Position numbers and translations under genes: made by a program. A stretch of 63,133 nt of DNA, counting the filler. It is 15 parts of 15 records of this genome, joined end to end, with 100 filler letters (N's around TTAATTAATTAA, not from the genome) between each part and the next. Parts side by side here need not be neighbours in the genome. Positions count along the whole stretch, not along the records: positions 47,749 to 51,675 come from SRR7504441_20961; positions 51,776 to 56,206 come from SRR7504441_20979; positions 56,307 to 59,369 come from SRR7504441_20980; positions 59,470 to 63,133 come from SRR7504441_21005; 11 more parts are not named here. The stretch is one strand, 5' to 3'. This document shows positions 47,749-59,553 of the stretch, one piece after another. How positions within the stretch are numbered: the first letter of the stretch is position 1; each line of letters starts with the position of its first letter. The notes beneath the pieces are model-generated. The model was not told the DNA's origin and made no database searches. It saw nothing but the letters and a program-made list of their open reading frames with translations.

Positions 47749-50700
47749 CGCATGATTCGTACGAGTGCTTTGTGCATCCCGACTGTTGGAGCTGCCATGC
47801 GCGTGGCGGATATGCTGACAGGCTGAGCGATATCGAGACGTGACATCAGTGCGAACCATGACAGCGACATACAGGTCGATCGACACCATTTTGCTTCCGA
47901 CGCATCGAGTGGAGTGGGACTGTATTTCTTTTTGATCGAGCATTGGTGAACGTACTGGAAGTGCCCCAACGGGCAGGTGCTCATCGAGGAATGCTGCCAC
48001 GTCGGCGTTCTGATCGACGGTGAACACAGACTCGTTCTCGGTGTTGCGGGTGTGCCCCACGTTGAGCCCGAGATAACGACGGGTCTGTCCTTTTTCCAGA
48101 ATGCCCCAAAACTTCAAGCCGAAGCGTCCGTTAGCCTTTTCGCAGATGGCAGTGAGGTGCCGGCGCGGGCCTCGGGCGATGAAGTCATCCACGTTGATGA
48201 CCAGCTTGACTTTGGTGGTCGGGTGCCGGTACATGCAGAGGTCGTTCTGCGACTGGAGGTATCCCTCCCCCAGCAGGAAGTCGCGCCAGGTCTCGTACCA
48301 GTTCATAGAGGCGATCCGCTGCCCGTACACTGGCCCGAGCTGCTTGAAGACTCGGAGTCTGGCCTTGCGGTGTGCTTTGAGCGCCACCCATCTGCCCGGG
48401 CTGCCCGGTGCGTAGCCCTTGCCTTTTGTGAACGCTGAGCTGACGTCTCCGAATGCCAGGTCGTCGTCGCCCTCGGCCTGCAGCGCCAGCACGAGCTTCA
48501 CTGACGAGGCCATGGGCGTCGGGCTGTCCAGCGGCTGGCCCTCCGTCCAGCTGAGCGGCTCCGTGTCCCCGCGGACTATCCAGCGAAACTTCATCCGCTC
48601 AGGCTTGGGCTCAGGGTTGAATCTTGTGCGCGGTACCCGCTGTTCCTTCAGCACCTGTTCGCGTTCGGCCCCGAATAACTCGATGTACCGGGTGCCTAGC
48701 AGCGCGTTCATCTCGGCCTTGTATGCGTCTAGCGCTTGTTGGACGGAGCACTTGAGCTGGTGGCGCTCCATCAGTTCTATTACTGCGAGTAGATCTTCGT
48801 CCATTAGAATGGAATTAACCATTAGTTTGTGCTGCTTGTGGTAGTCCTTGACTGCATCGGTCGCACCGTGATTCAACAAGAAGGCTTCGGGCTCCCACGT
48901 GGCCTGCCTCTTTCCGTAGTGCTTCCATTTTACCAAGTATTGGTACGTTCTTTTCCCTCTCGTACGCCGTTGATCGGGTTTGTGATCGAGTATTTCGTCG
49001 AGCTCATAGACATCTATCGGCACAGCGTTCTTGTGGAACCTGTGCACGAAGGTTTCGAACTTGGCCACGCTCGCGTTCTCGGCCGGCACGTAGTGTAGTG
49101 GGAACTTTGTGTTGTTCACTTTGACTGTGTCTACTTCAACGGCTGGCTCAATGTCCCAAATCTTGCGGTGCTGATTCCAACGGATCTCGCAAACGCGATG
49201 GGCGCCTGGCGTCATGAGCGCGCGGCCGGCGTAGATGCCGATGGCTGCGCGGGAGGCGAGCTTGCCGGCTCGCAGCTCGGCTGGGATGTAGTATTTGACT
49301 TCAGCTCCGAAGATGTGGGCGTCCTCGCCGTCGACGTCGAAGGGTATGCCCCCTGCGCGCTGCACTGGCGTGAGGCTGCCGGCGTAGGGCGTGTTGTCCA
49401 TGACGTCATTGACGTGGCGGAGGGCCTCGTCCCACACCTCCTCGTACCTGCCTGTTCCCCCCGTTGCTGTGAGCAGTGTGCTTCGCAGGGCCGACTGCAC
49501 CACTCGGTTTCGGTTCTCGATCTTTGAGTTGCCATTGTGGTCGTACCCCACTGTGGACGTGGCGAGCAGGTTGCGCCCCTTGAGGTGGCCAAGGAGTTGG
49601 TCACCGAGCAGGGTCGGGTCGCAATCGACGTGGACTCGTGCCAGGCGGCGGTGCTCGGGGTCAAATTTCAGCAGGAGACGGTACTCTGCCTCTTTGAAAG
49701 CCTTGAGTGTGTCGGGTCCAGACCGCGATTTTACCGGCTCGTAGTGGGCGGCGTCCTGATCGCCTCGCTGGTCCTTGTATGCTGTGAGTCCCAGCGCCGC
49801 CACATTGCCTGACGCTGTGGCTGGCAGGCCTACCAGGAAGTCCAGGCTGGCCACGAGACCTTCACTGGAGCCTATGGTCGGCTGGTCTCGTGCTTTGCGG
49901 GTAGCGGCGTCTCGCTGCATATTGGCTTGTGTGCATATCTCACAGTCGGGATCCTTGGGCCTGTGACATCGTTTTCTGTGTTTCTGCAACCGATGAAACA
50001 CCCTTTTTCTCATTGCAGTGATAGCTTTTGTCATAGATGCATCCACTTCCGTAGATATCATCGATTTCTTTACCGTGGGCAGTCTAACCCGCAGTCCATC
50101 CGGGATGCATTCGTATGCCTCTCCGTTTCTTTCGAGAGCTTGAACTGTCGGTCCATCGACGTACGTGTAGCCCGCTGCTCTCAATGTCGCCAATGAACAG
50201 ATTGAATCCTTGGCTTTTGGTGCGATTGGCGCATCCAGGATGTCCACGAGCGGCGTCGTCATGTCGGCCACATGTGTGGCTTTGGACGATCCAGAAACGG
50301 TTCCCAAGCTGATCGGTATTGCGAGCTTTCTGACATTGGTAAAGTGCTTGCTGTCTAACGGACTCAGCACGTCTGTTTCGGTACATGAGTCTATCAATGG
50401 CCCAGACGCGGGGCCGGGAGGGGAGTACCTTCGCGCTCTAGCGAGATCCTCCGCTCGGCGGGTCAGCTCCGTCGGTGCCTTCCTCTTCATCTGCGCCCTG
50501 GTGGTCGCGGCAACCCTGGCGGGGCCCCCACCGCTGGTGTCAGGTCCCTGATCCATGAGCGTGGCGAGCAGCTGCTGCTGAGATGCGGCGATCGTCTCGG
50601 TGAGCTGCGCCTGCTGCTCGGCCAGGCGCTCCTCGAGGGCGCGCTCCAGGCTGCGCTGGGTCCGGTTCATTTGTGTTGCTACAATTTGATGGACCTGCGG

Positions 50701-51675
50701 CTCGGCCGGCTTGGTGTGCAGGTGGGGGCACTGGTCCCCCCTTGGGCAGGTGCCGTACTTGGCGAACGTGCGGCATAGCTCCCGGCCCCGCTGCTGTGGC
50801 TGGCCGGAGCGGCGCCAGCGGCCGGACTGCGACTGCGCTGAGCCCTTTCCGCCGCCCTGCCGGTTGTTCCTCTCGGTGTTGTTCCTCTGGGGCGGTGTTT
50901 CGGTGGATGCCGAGCTCGGGTGCAGGTTGTTGGATTCTTTCCTCGCCGTTGACAGCATCTCTGCGAGCGCCTTGCGGTCCTGGTTGCCGGCGGCCCACTG
51001 TGCCATCAGTGAATGTACGAGGAAGGTGTGTGGCTGGACAATTCTTACCAGCGCTTCAACTCCAACTTTGACTTCAAACTGGCGGTGGAGGCGCACTTCG
51101 TCCAGGTGCTTTCGCAGCGTAGAGAGCCGCTGCTTGACAGCGCCTGCCTTGTCGGTGGCTTGCATCGTAGTTATCTTGCTTAGATCACGATGAAATGTTT
51201 CTATCGGAGTGTTCGCCGTGCCTTGAACGACATTTTGAAACAGTCTTACGCCCGACTCGGTCTCGCCGCCTCCGTAGGAATCGTGTTGGCCGGACGTCAT
51301 AGTCCCGCGCAGCCGGGAGTAGAGCGCCTTGTCCACGGGCTCCATTGGTCCCAAGATCAAGGGCCCAACATCAACATACGGGTCCTTGAGCAAAGTCTCG
51401 ATGAGAATAACGGACGAGTCTTTGTTCGTGCTGGCGAGGCGCTGGATGTGCTCCTTGGCCCACGCGCGGAGCTGTGCTTGGGTGGGCAGGTCTTCCGAGC
51501 CGCCGGCGAGCATGCCGACAGGTACGGCGTCCGTCATGGCCGTGGCCATGGCTGTGCCCAGGACCGTCGCCGTGGCGTCGGTCAGGCTCGATGGGGGGCC
51601 CGTTACTGGCTGGCCGGCCCGCTCCCGGCTGCCCAGGTACTGCCCGAGGGCTTGGGCATGGCCGGGGAGCATCTT
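47749..51675 (-). mobile_element. Ty1/copia-order LTR retrotransposon gag-pol (both ends truncated) with chromodomain
   Basis: 1323-aa ORF: Gag with CCCH finger, protease LIDS, integrase (H..H..CEIC; SLDF, HVDCD, NSKIENRNR), chromodomain, then RT (FGDVSSAF, VYGQRIASMNWY, INVDDF). The PR-IN-RT order is copia-type. Confidence 0.92.
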
Positions 51676-51830
51676 NNNNNNNNNNNNNNNNNNNNNNNNN
51701 NNNNNNNNNNNNNNNNNNNTTAATTAATTAANNNNNNNNNNNNNNNNNNNNNNNNNNNNNNNNNNNNNNNNNNNNGGGGGGGGGGGTAGTCAAGTTATGA
51801 ATTAAAAGTCGTTGAGCTATTACCCGCTAA

Positions 51831-53166
51831 TTACCCGCATATTGAGATTATGACTTCGACAAGCTTGACTGGATCTACTCTAGGCGAAGACTCGGGCGTC
51901 ACTAGCGTCGTGTAGACCATTTCCACCCCCATCGCTTCAGCAGCCGCTGCGCATTCCAACACGGCACTCTCGCCCCCATATAACTCTGGATCGGTGTCTA
52001 GTATCACGTGCGTCAGCAATGCTGTGCACGAAGCGGGGGGGCAGCACTTTTCACGCATGCAGCCGACTAAGCAGCCTACCAGCTCTGCCAGCGACCAGCC
52101 TTGGCACTCAGGGTCGGGGTAGGTGTTCGGAATATAGATCTTGGGGCACCGGTTCCTGCCCTGACCGATGGGCTGCCGCACAGCCAGGGTATACACACCG
52201 GGCGATGCCTGAGCTAATCCCGTCTATTATGAGGTTGGGCAACACGGAGGTGAAGAAACTACCCCTGTGAGCCTTACCGTCACACCCTGCCGGTCACTGG
52301 GCGCACATGGGGTAAACAATCAGCTCGGCCGACAGAATCAAATCGCAAACCGAGTCGGAAGCCGCGACGCTAGCCTCCAGCCCTGACCCGTCAGGGTTGC
52401 ACAGCTCTATGCTCTCGAGCCGGCTAGCTGAGCCAGCCGTAATCAGGTGCTGCCCGACTATTCGCTGGCCGCTGGCTAGCCGGGCGGCCAGGTGCAGGTG
52501 TCGGTTGCACCCGGCTCGCACCAGCCCGCGCACTTCTAACAGCTTAGAAAAGAGGAAGATGGTCGCATCTAGGTTCTTCTGGTTGGCCAAGAACCCGCCA
52601 ACCAGCACCAGATTGCCCACACTGGCACCGGCTAGCGGGAACTCGGGCGGGAGCGCCTCGCGCACCAACTGCAGGTGCACCTGGACCAGGTCGCACATGG
52701 GCGGCCCAACGGATTTGATCATCGGGTGGCTGCCCATGGCTATGGCGTCCAGCACTGCCTCCGGAGCCGGGCCGGCCAGGCGCAGATTCAGCAGCTCGTA
52801 CAGCCGGGACGAGCGATGGTCCGATTTGTCGGCCAGCGCCAGCAGCCGGTTACGTATGTCACCTACCGCCGGGATCTGGAACGCTTTGCGCAGCGAGGCG
52901 GACGAGCCGCCGCTGTCGAACGGCGTGACGATGTGGATTGAGTGGTGGGTGTACTGTGTGAGTCGCCGGCTGGTCTCTTTGAGCGCAGTCCCCCCGCTGA
53001 AGAAGAGACAGCGGGGCCCCAGTTCGGGCACCCGGAGCGCCCGTAGGATGCGCGGCGGGTCGGGGATGCGCACCGCCCGGCTGATCACCAGAGCTTCGCA
53101 CGCCTGCTCCGTCGGGGCGCGGAGCCGGGGCGAGCCGAGCGGCGAGAGCTGCGACGGACTGGCCAT
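51831..53166 (-). CDS. CofD/YvcK(UPF0052)-family protein, GAK-system CofD-like type, 3 exons
   Basis: PELGPRCLFFSGGTAL, HSIHIVTPFDSGGSS..LRKAF..PAVGDIRNRL, ASVGNL, YPMGSFFTS, CPKIYIPN; introns 52306-52265 and 52198-52156. Confidence 0.85.
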
Positions 53167-53226
53167 GCCTCTGTCACCCCACCCACCAGATCACGCGTTT
53201 TTAACGGATTTTTGTCCAACTGCCAT

Positions 53227-53276
53227 CGACTCCGCACCGACTCCTTCTCCGCACCGACTCCGCACCGACTCCTCCG
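53227..53276. repeat. Short tandem CCGACTCCGCA-like repeats in a bidirectional promoter
   Basis: cgactccgcaccgactccttctccgcaccgactccgcaccgactcctcc immediately upstream of ATG 53279. Confidence 0.7.
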
Positions 53277-53278
53277 GA

Positions 53279-54178
53279 ATGAGCAGCCCCGTGGTCCTTC
53301 TCCTTCTCTCCGTCGGCCTGTGCGCGGGTCTCGGGCCCACGGTCGAGATCGCGCCTGGCGTCGAGATGCCGCGAGTCAACCTAGGCACCTGCTGCGGCAG
53401 CAAGCCCAAGGCCGGGCTCCCCGGATGGCTCCAGGCCGGCGGTCGAGGCATCGACACCGCTTGGGACTACCAAGATCAGCCAGACATCGCCGCGGTGCTC
53501 AAGGCCGGCAAGATCCCGCGATCGGAGCTGTTCATCACGACCAAAGTCCCTGCCGGGATCGGGGTCGCGTCCAACCGTTCCCAGTGCACAGCGAGCCCGG
53601 AGACGGCGCTGTGGTACGTTCAGCAAGACCTGCAGCAGCTCGGGCTGGACTATGTGGACCTGGTGCTCCTGCACGGACCGTGCGAGATGGACCCCAAAAA
53701 CAAAGACCCGACGGCCGCCAACAACGCGCTCTGGAAAGGACTTCAGGCCGCGCTGGCGACCAACGCTACGCGGGCGATCGGAGTGAGCAATTACAAGCCA
53801 AGCATGCTTGAGAAGCTCGAGGGCCCCAAGCCGAGCGTCAATCAGTGCGAGATGTCCGTGCTCGGCTCATTCGGGCAGAAGGGCCACGACGAGGATGGGA
53901 TCGCGTATGCGGCTGCGCATGGCATCACGTACGAGGCCTACGGCGTGTTGAAGGGCTGCCCATGGGAGGACGCGAAAGTCAAGGCAATGGCTGCCAGCCA
54001 CAAGGTGGGCGTATCACAGGTCTGTCTGCGATGGGTGATCCAGCGTGGTGCCATACTTGCGACTGGAACCGGCAATGACACCGACAAGGCCGCAGGCTAT
54101 GCAAAGTCAGACCTGGACCTGTTCAGCTTTGAACTAACCAGCGAAGAAATGGAGACCCTCGATGGGATGCAGGACTAA
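53279..54178 (+). CDS. Aldo/keto reductase with signal peptide
   Basis: MPRVNLGT, IDTAWDY, RSELFITTK, LGLDYVDLVLLHGP, RAIGVSNY, PSVNQCE, QVCLRWVIQ. Confidence 0.93.
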   Translation: MSSPVVLLLLSVGLCAGLGPTVEIAPGVEMPRVNLGTCCGSKPKAGLPGWLQAGGRGIDTAWDYQDQPDIAAVLKAGKIPRSELFITTKVPAGIGVASNRSQCTASPETALWYVQQDLQQLGLDYVDLVLLHGPCEMDPKNKDPTAANNALWKGLQAALATNATRAIGVSNYKPSMLEKLEGPKPSVNQCEMSVLGSFGQKGHDEDGIAYAAAHGITYEAYGVLKGCPWEDAKVKAMAASHKVGVSQVCLRWVIQRGAILATGTGNDTDKAAGYAKSDLDLFSFELTSEEMETLDGMQD

Positions 54179-54592
54179 GCATCGGGACATACGACTGGCA
54201 GAGAGACATGCAGACAAATTCAAGTGATATGAGTACATTTATTAGAAAATCGGGAACCACATACGGTACTACCGGTACGCGGTATTACATATGATACGGT
54301 ACATGTGTCGCAAATTCAAGTGACATGATTTAAGTCTACATTTATTGGAAAGACGGAGCCTAGGAGAATCAACACAATGTCGTGGTCAACATTGTATTCA
54401 TCATTGATCAAGTCTCTTTTATTCGTCTTTTTTTACAATCATGACTTGTAATAATTGTGTTTCAAAATACTCATAAATCGAATTTAGAATAGCTCTATCA
54501 TTGCTACGTCTGTAATAAACGTATGATCGATCAGGACCGTTCTGAGCTTGGCCCCAGATCCGTGGTGCCTCCAACGGCTATATGATGACTAA

Positions 54593-55861
54593 TCATGACT
54601 CGCACAGCTTGGCGCACCGCACGAGGCATTCGTCCACCAGCCGCCCGCCAGCCGCGGCCACCCAGCGCACCTCAACTCGCCCGCCGCGCCCAAGCCGGTA
54701 CACGTCCGGACTATCGTTGGGAAAGAATCGCTCCGTCTCCCGGCACGCTGCTCCACCCGCTGCATCCGAGGCATCACAAGACACCGCGACTGCGCTCTGC
54801 ATCTGGGCCAGTGCAGATTGGCGGACCCCGGTGGAAGCCTCGCAGTGGGCCTGCAGCGCATGCACCGCCGAGGTCCAGTCGCCGCCCGCTGGGAGCGTCA
54901 TTGGCACGAAGTCGTGTGCAGCTCCGGCACTGCACAAGGACTCACACTGTGGTGCGCAGCGCTGGGCCCCAACTGAGTCAAAGCTGCGGGCAGCCGACAT
55001 GCTCCGGAACAGCCTGTGCCTCACGCTGAGCGCTGCACCGCCCAGTGGCGCGAAGCCCGCCTCCGTTGGTTGACCCCAGTATAGGCCTACGATCGCCGCC
55101 AGCACTGCCACAAGCAGCGCCGCAAGCGCCCACCGGCTGGGTTCGTGCTCCTTGCTGGCCTGGGCCGCGTCCTTGGAAGCGACGATCGGATCTGACATCC
55201 GACGCTGCCCAGGGGCGACTAGAGGGCTGCCATCCAAGCCGGCCACAACGGTGGCCATCTCGCTCAGCCTCTTCTGCTGGTTCTCAAGAGTGGGGAGCGT
55301 ATCCAGCTCCTCGAGCACGATCTCGAGCTTCTCGGCCGGCAGCCGGCGCAGCAGGGCCGTGTCTTTCTCGAGCTGCTCCACCAGCCCCCGTGTGGCCGGA
55401 TGCGGCGAGTTGCGCGCGAGCGCGGCCAGTTCAAACCGAAACTCGTCAAACTCTTGCAGCACGTCCGACACCGGCACCGGGGTGCGCGGGCCGTCGGCGG
55501 TGGCCACCTGGTCCACGAACTGGAGGAACAGCCCGAACCGGCCCTGCTTCTCGGCCTTACGGAGCTCGAGGTAGCTCACCCAGGCCGGCCAGTCCACCTG
55601 CCGAGGCTGTTACACGAGCGGGCAAGCGGGTGGACGACCTTGGCCATGTGCGAGCTCCAGCCGGGGCTGCTCGATCGGGTGTCTAGCAGTTGCATAAGGT
55701 CCTGCCGCTCCTGGTCCGAAGCGAACGGAAGCTCCTCGAGCTCCACCGCCCCCGAGCCTGCGGGCCAGATCGATCGGGCCAGCCAGGCGGGCACCGTCGC
55801 GGTCTAGGGTCTCGAAGATACGCCGCGCGTCGCGCCGCTCAGTCTCGGTCAGCGCCGACAT
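54593..55861 (-). CDS. EF-hand + single-TM protein with Cys-rich C-terminal domain, 3 exons
   Basis: RRIFETLDRD|GSGAVELEEL EF loop across an intron; TM WALAALLVAVLAAIVGLYW; Cys-rich tail. Confidence 0.55.
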
Positions 55862-56306
55862 CCTCGTGTAACTCACGCCTCACGCCTCGTAACCGCGCAT
55901 CATGCCTCTTCCACGATCGAATAAAAAATTTATGGAACCGACCCTCGCAGTCCAAACACTGCTGCGTGCCGTGCGTGGTTGTCTGGATCGCCGGCGCTTG
56001 ATCTCGACCCCTTGTCCATGCACCTCGCCAAGGAAAACACCACCTAGGATATAGTACTATATACTACCCCCCCGCCTTGCTGTACCAAGAGGCCCTCGCG
56101 CTCAAAGAAAGGGATGAAGGGTGCAACCGCGCGCCTAGTACTCGTACTTACTACTTAGCGGTCGACCCAATATAAATCGATTCTAAATAGCGCGCCATTA
56201 GTTTATNNNNNNNNNNNNNNNNNNNNNNNNNNNNNNNNNNNNNNNNNNNNTTAATTAATTAANNNNNNNNNNNNNNNNNNNNNNNNNNNNNNNNNNNNNN
56301 NNNNNN

Positions 56307-59300
56307 ATGGCCGGCGGGCATTCTCAAACACAAATGAGGCCAATTGATCCACCGAGGAGGCCGACAGGATCAGGAATCTGACGTCGGACGAGGCCACAAT
56401 CCCGTCCTGCACCGAGGCGAGCAGCCGGACAAACAGTTCAGGCTGGAGTGCGATCGCGCCGGTCAGATAGTTTCTGAACAGGGACTCGACCAGGTGGAAG
56501 TAGGCCACGCCCAGCTTGACGTACTTCATCATCTGGTCGGTCGGGATGGTGAACGCCAGCCGGAACACGGCATCAAGCGTGGTGTGCAGTGTCCGGTCGC
56601 CGTACAGATCCATCACTCCAAAGTTGACGTACTTACCTTCAACTACCGAGCCGATCACGTCGAAACAGAGCCGCGCAGCTTTGAACTTTCCTGTATAGGG
56701 GTCGACCAGGGTATTGGCGTCCAGCGTGCTCAGCTTGAGGCATAGCGGTGTGATGGTGGAGCAGACGTCTTTAAACAGCCGGAGGCCCGAGTCTGAGTGC
56801 TGGTTGAATGTGATCCGGTGCAACCCGTCATACACGAGCTCCACAAGGAAATGCAGGATAGCCTTGGTCACTGATGGGTCCTGGTAGAGCGCCTCGCACG
56901 CCCTTGCCAGGGCCGTCACAGCGGAGGTGTTATTCATTCCGGCTTGCTGCAGCGACTCAAACACGACCTGATAGATCTGAGAATTGGTGGCTGCCTCAAT
57001 GATCCCACGCAGGTCACAGGCAACGTTGATGACAACCTGGCGGGTGTTGGGCGCGTTCAAGTCAGCGTCCGAGAGAGTGCCAATCTGCTTCAGGGTGTCG
57101 ATCAGAGGCTGCATGAATGCCATGAGCGGTTGTCCATCTCCCCACTGGTGCACTAGCAGACAGACCAACGCCGAATAGAATATGGTCCGCTGTCGTCTGG
57201 CCGCCATGCTCTGCAGGAACGGCAGCTCGTTGTGTGATTTGAGTACCCACTGCACAACGTCGCACTTGAGCAGCATTTTCCCCGACCTATCCCCGGCGGC
57301 AAGGTCCAAAAACAGGTCCACCGTCTTGTCCATAACCTCGGCTGAGTCGGACCATGTCGACATGTTGTGTATCAGCTTCTCAGCCACCATACGCATCAGT
57401 GCAGTCTGATCCCCGAGCCCCAGCCGCTCCTCAATGCTTTGCTGCACTTCGCGCGGCACCATCGGCCCGTGTGTAGAAATAGAGCTGGCCAGTCTTCGCG
57501 ATCGGTGGGCGATGGAGCTGGTGACATGTGGCGTCGAAAGTGGGGTCTCTGCATTGGCTACTTGGTCGCAGAACAGCACTGCGTATTTGAGCTTGGACAG
57601 AAAGTAAACCAGCGCCACCTCCAGCTGCGGCACGCACCTCTGGCTGGCTGAAGCAAGCGGGGCCAGCAGTTGCAGGACGCATCGCGACAAATCGGCATCA
57701 ATCAACTCGTCTCCAGGCTTCATCTGCGTGATGTCAATAGCAGGAGCACGCGCAGCCCCCGGCACCGAATTGAGTGCCCTGGCTGAGCTCACCGAGTAGT
57801 GCCCACCGATGATGGCGCCCACCGCATTCACCATCCACGCTAGCTGGCCTTCTAGCACCTGGCGAGTGGTGCTGGTGCCCCCTCCAGACGAGAGCGCGGT
57901 GGAGTACTGTTTCATCATGTTATCGAGTAACATACCCAGTGCAGGACCGATCTGCTGGTACACATGCCGACAGAGCACGGGAAGATACTCCAGCTGAGTC
58001 CACATTGTGTCGTTCAGCATCGCGTCACATGAGCCTGACAGCACTGGCTCCACAGAGGCCAGGCAGCCCTGCAGGTACGCCTCCACTAATTGGGGCAGTG
58101 CCCTCATCACTACCGACGCAGCAGCCGGCTCCGCCTCCCGGAAGGCCACCAGCTCGGACCATGCCACTAGCAAGTACTGCGACGAGCCTTGGACCATGTC
58201 CCAGCACCCGAACGACCGAATCGAGAATTGTGCCAGTTGCTCGAAGAAAGCGGAGGCCCCCGAGGCGTCCACGGCCTCGGCGGCTTGGAAGATCTCCGGG
58301 ATCCGGTAGTTGGTCATCATTGAGGCGAGCAGCAGCGAGAGCCGGTGGTGCAGGTCGCTGTCCTCAAACACTCGAGGGTCCGCAAGCATCCAGCGGATCC
58401 CTTTGAGCAGCTTGGTGCAATGGACCTGCCTCACATTCGGCTTTGAGAAGAAGCGCACACAGCTCAGAGGCAGTGTCGCCTCCAGCACCTGAGGCACAGG
58501 CTCGGCACGAGCAGCAAGCCAAGGCTCACCAGAATCGGGAATCGGTCTGCAAACCCCCAAAGAAGGTCCACAAACTGACCGTTCTCGGCCTCAATCCGGG
58601 TCTGCAGCCCCCGAGGAAGGTCGATCGCTAACGGCACCGCCTCGTCTTCCCGGGAGAATCCGTGCGTGGTAAACCCTAGGCATCTATGGGTGCACTCGAG
58701 AGCCAGTTCCAAGATGACTGTGTGCTGGGCAGAGGGCGGGCTCTGCTGGACCTGCATCCAGGTTCACTCGGCCGGCGGAGAGCTGGGCAGCCTGCTGGAG
58801 CACTTCTTCGACCACTTTGAACACCGACGCCAGGTGCAGGATCCTAAAGATTGATGCTGACCTGCACACAGAGCTCCAGTTGCGGGTCGGGCTGCGGTGC
58901 ACACCTGTAGTGCTGGGAAGACGAGAAGGCGAGCGAGAAGTCCATCATCCCGTGAATCAGCTCCTTGAGGAACGTGAGCGCCAGCATGGTCTGACACAGC
59001 CTGTTGAGCGGGCCGCCAGCAGAGGGTAACTCACATCCTCCACAGAGCCTCCAAAGCACTTTGCCCCGACTTGTTTAGCCACCTGAAGATCGGATGGCTA
59101 CAGAACCGGCCGGGGCGTGAGGCACCTCAGCTGAAGCGGGCGACCCAAACACCCAGCCCCGCTTTGTGACCACCACAGCTGCTTTGCAGAGCACCTGCAG
59201 TTGCTTAGCTTGGGCCTTGCAGCCTGCGGGCCCGCACCGCCGTGACTGCCTTGGGCAGATGCGACCCGCGCTGGAAGATAAACCCGATGATCTGATCTCT

Positions 59301-59369
59301 GAGCTCCGAGCTCTCGGCGTCGGTCCAGGACTCGCCCACGTGCAGCATGGCCAGGTCCACGAGCCCACT
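56307..59369 (-). CDS. XPO7: Exportin-7/RanBP16-17-like karyopherin (both ends truncated)
   Basis: SCVRFF, HHRLSLLLASMMTNY, SSQYLLVAWSEL, EGQLAWMVNAVGAIIGG, CDLRGI, RITF..SDSGLRLFK, GKYVNFGVMDLYGD, YVKLGVAYF. Confidence 0.88.
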
Positions 59370-59553
59370 NNNNNNNNNNNNNNNNNNNNNNNNNNNNNNN
59401 NNNNNNNNNNNNNTTAATTAATTAANNNNNNNNNNNNNNNNNNNNNNNNNNNNNNNNNNNNNNNNNNNNTCAGGAGGGTGTGGGCACTACCCACTACAGA
59501 TCGCATACACTTAAAAATTTTACCTTTGGAATGATTAGAGAGCATGCGGTGCT

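Noticed and set aside
52397-53278. 593-aa ORF as an N-terminally extended AKR (likewise the extensions of ORFs 59955-61484, 60591-63032, 38947-39996 and 32140-33069)
   Set aside because: The extensions are antisense shadows of the neighbouring divergent gene in GC-rich DNA.
5265-59469. Regularly recurring TTAATTAATTAA within N runs as a biological repeat
   Set aside because: Identical 100-nt constructs with stops in all six frames; these are concatenation linkers.
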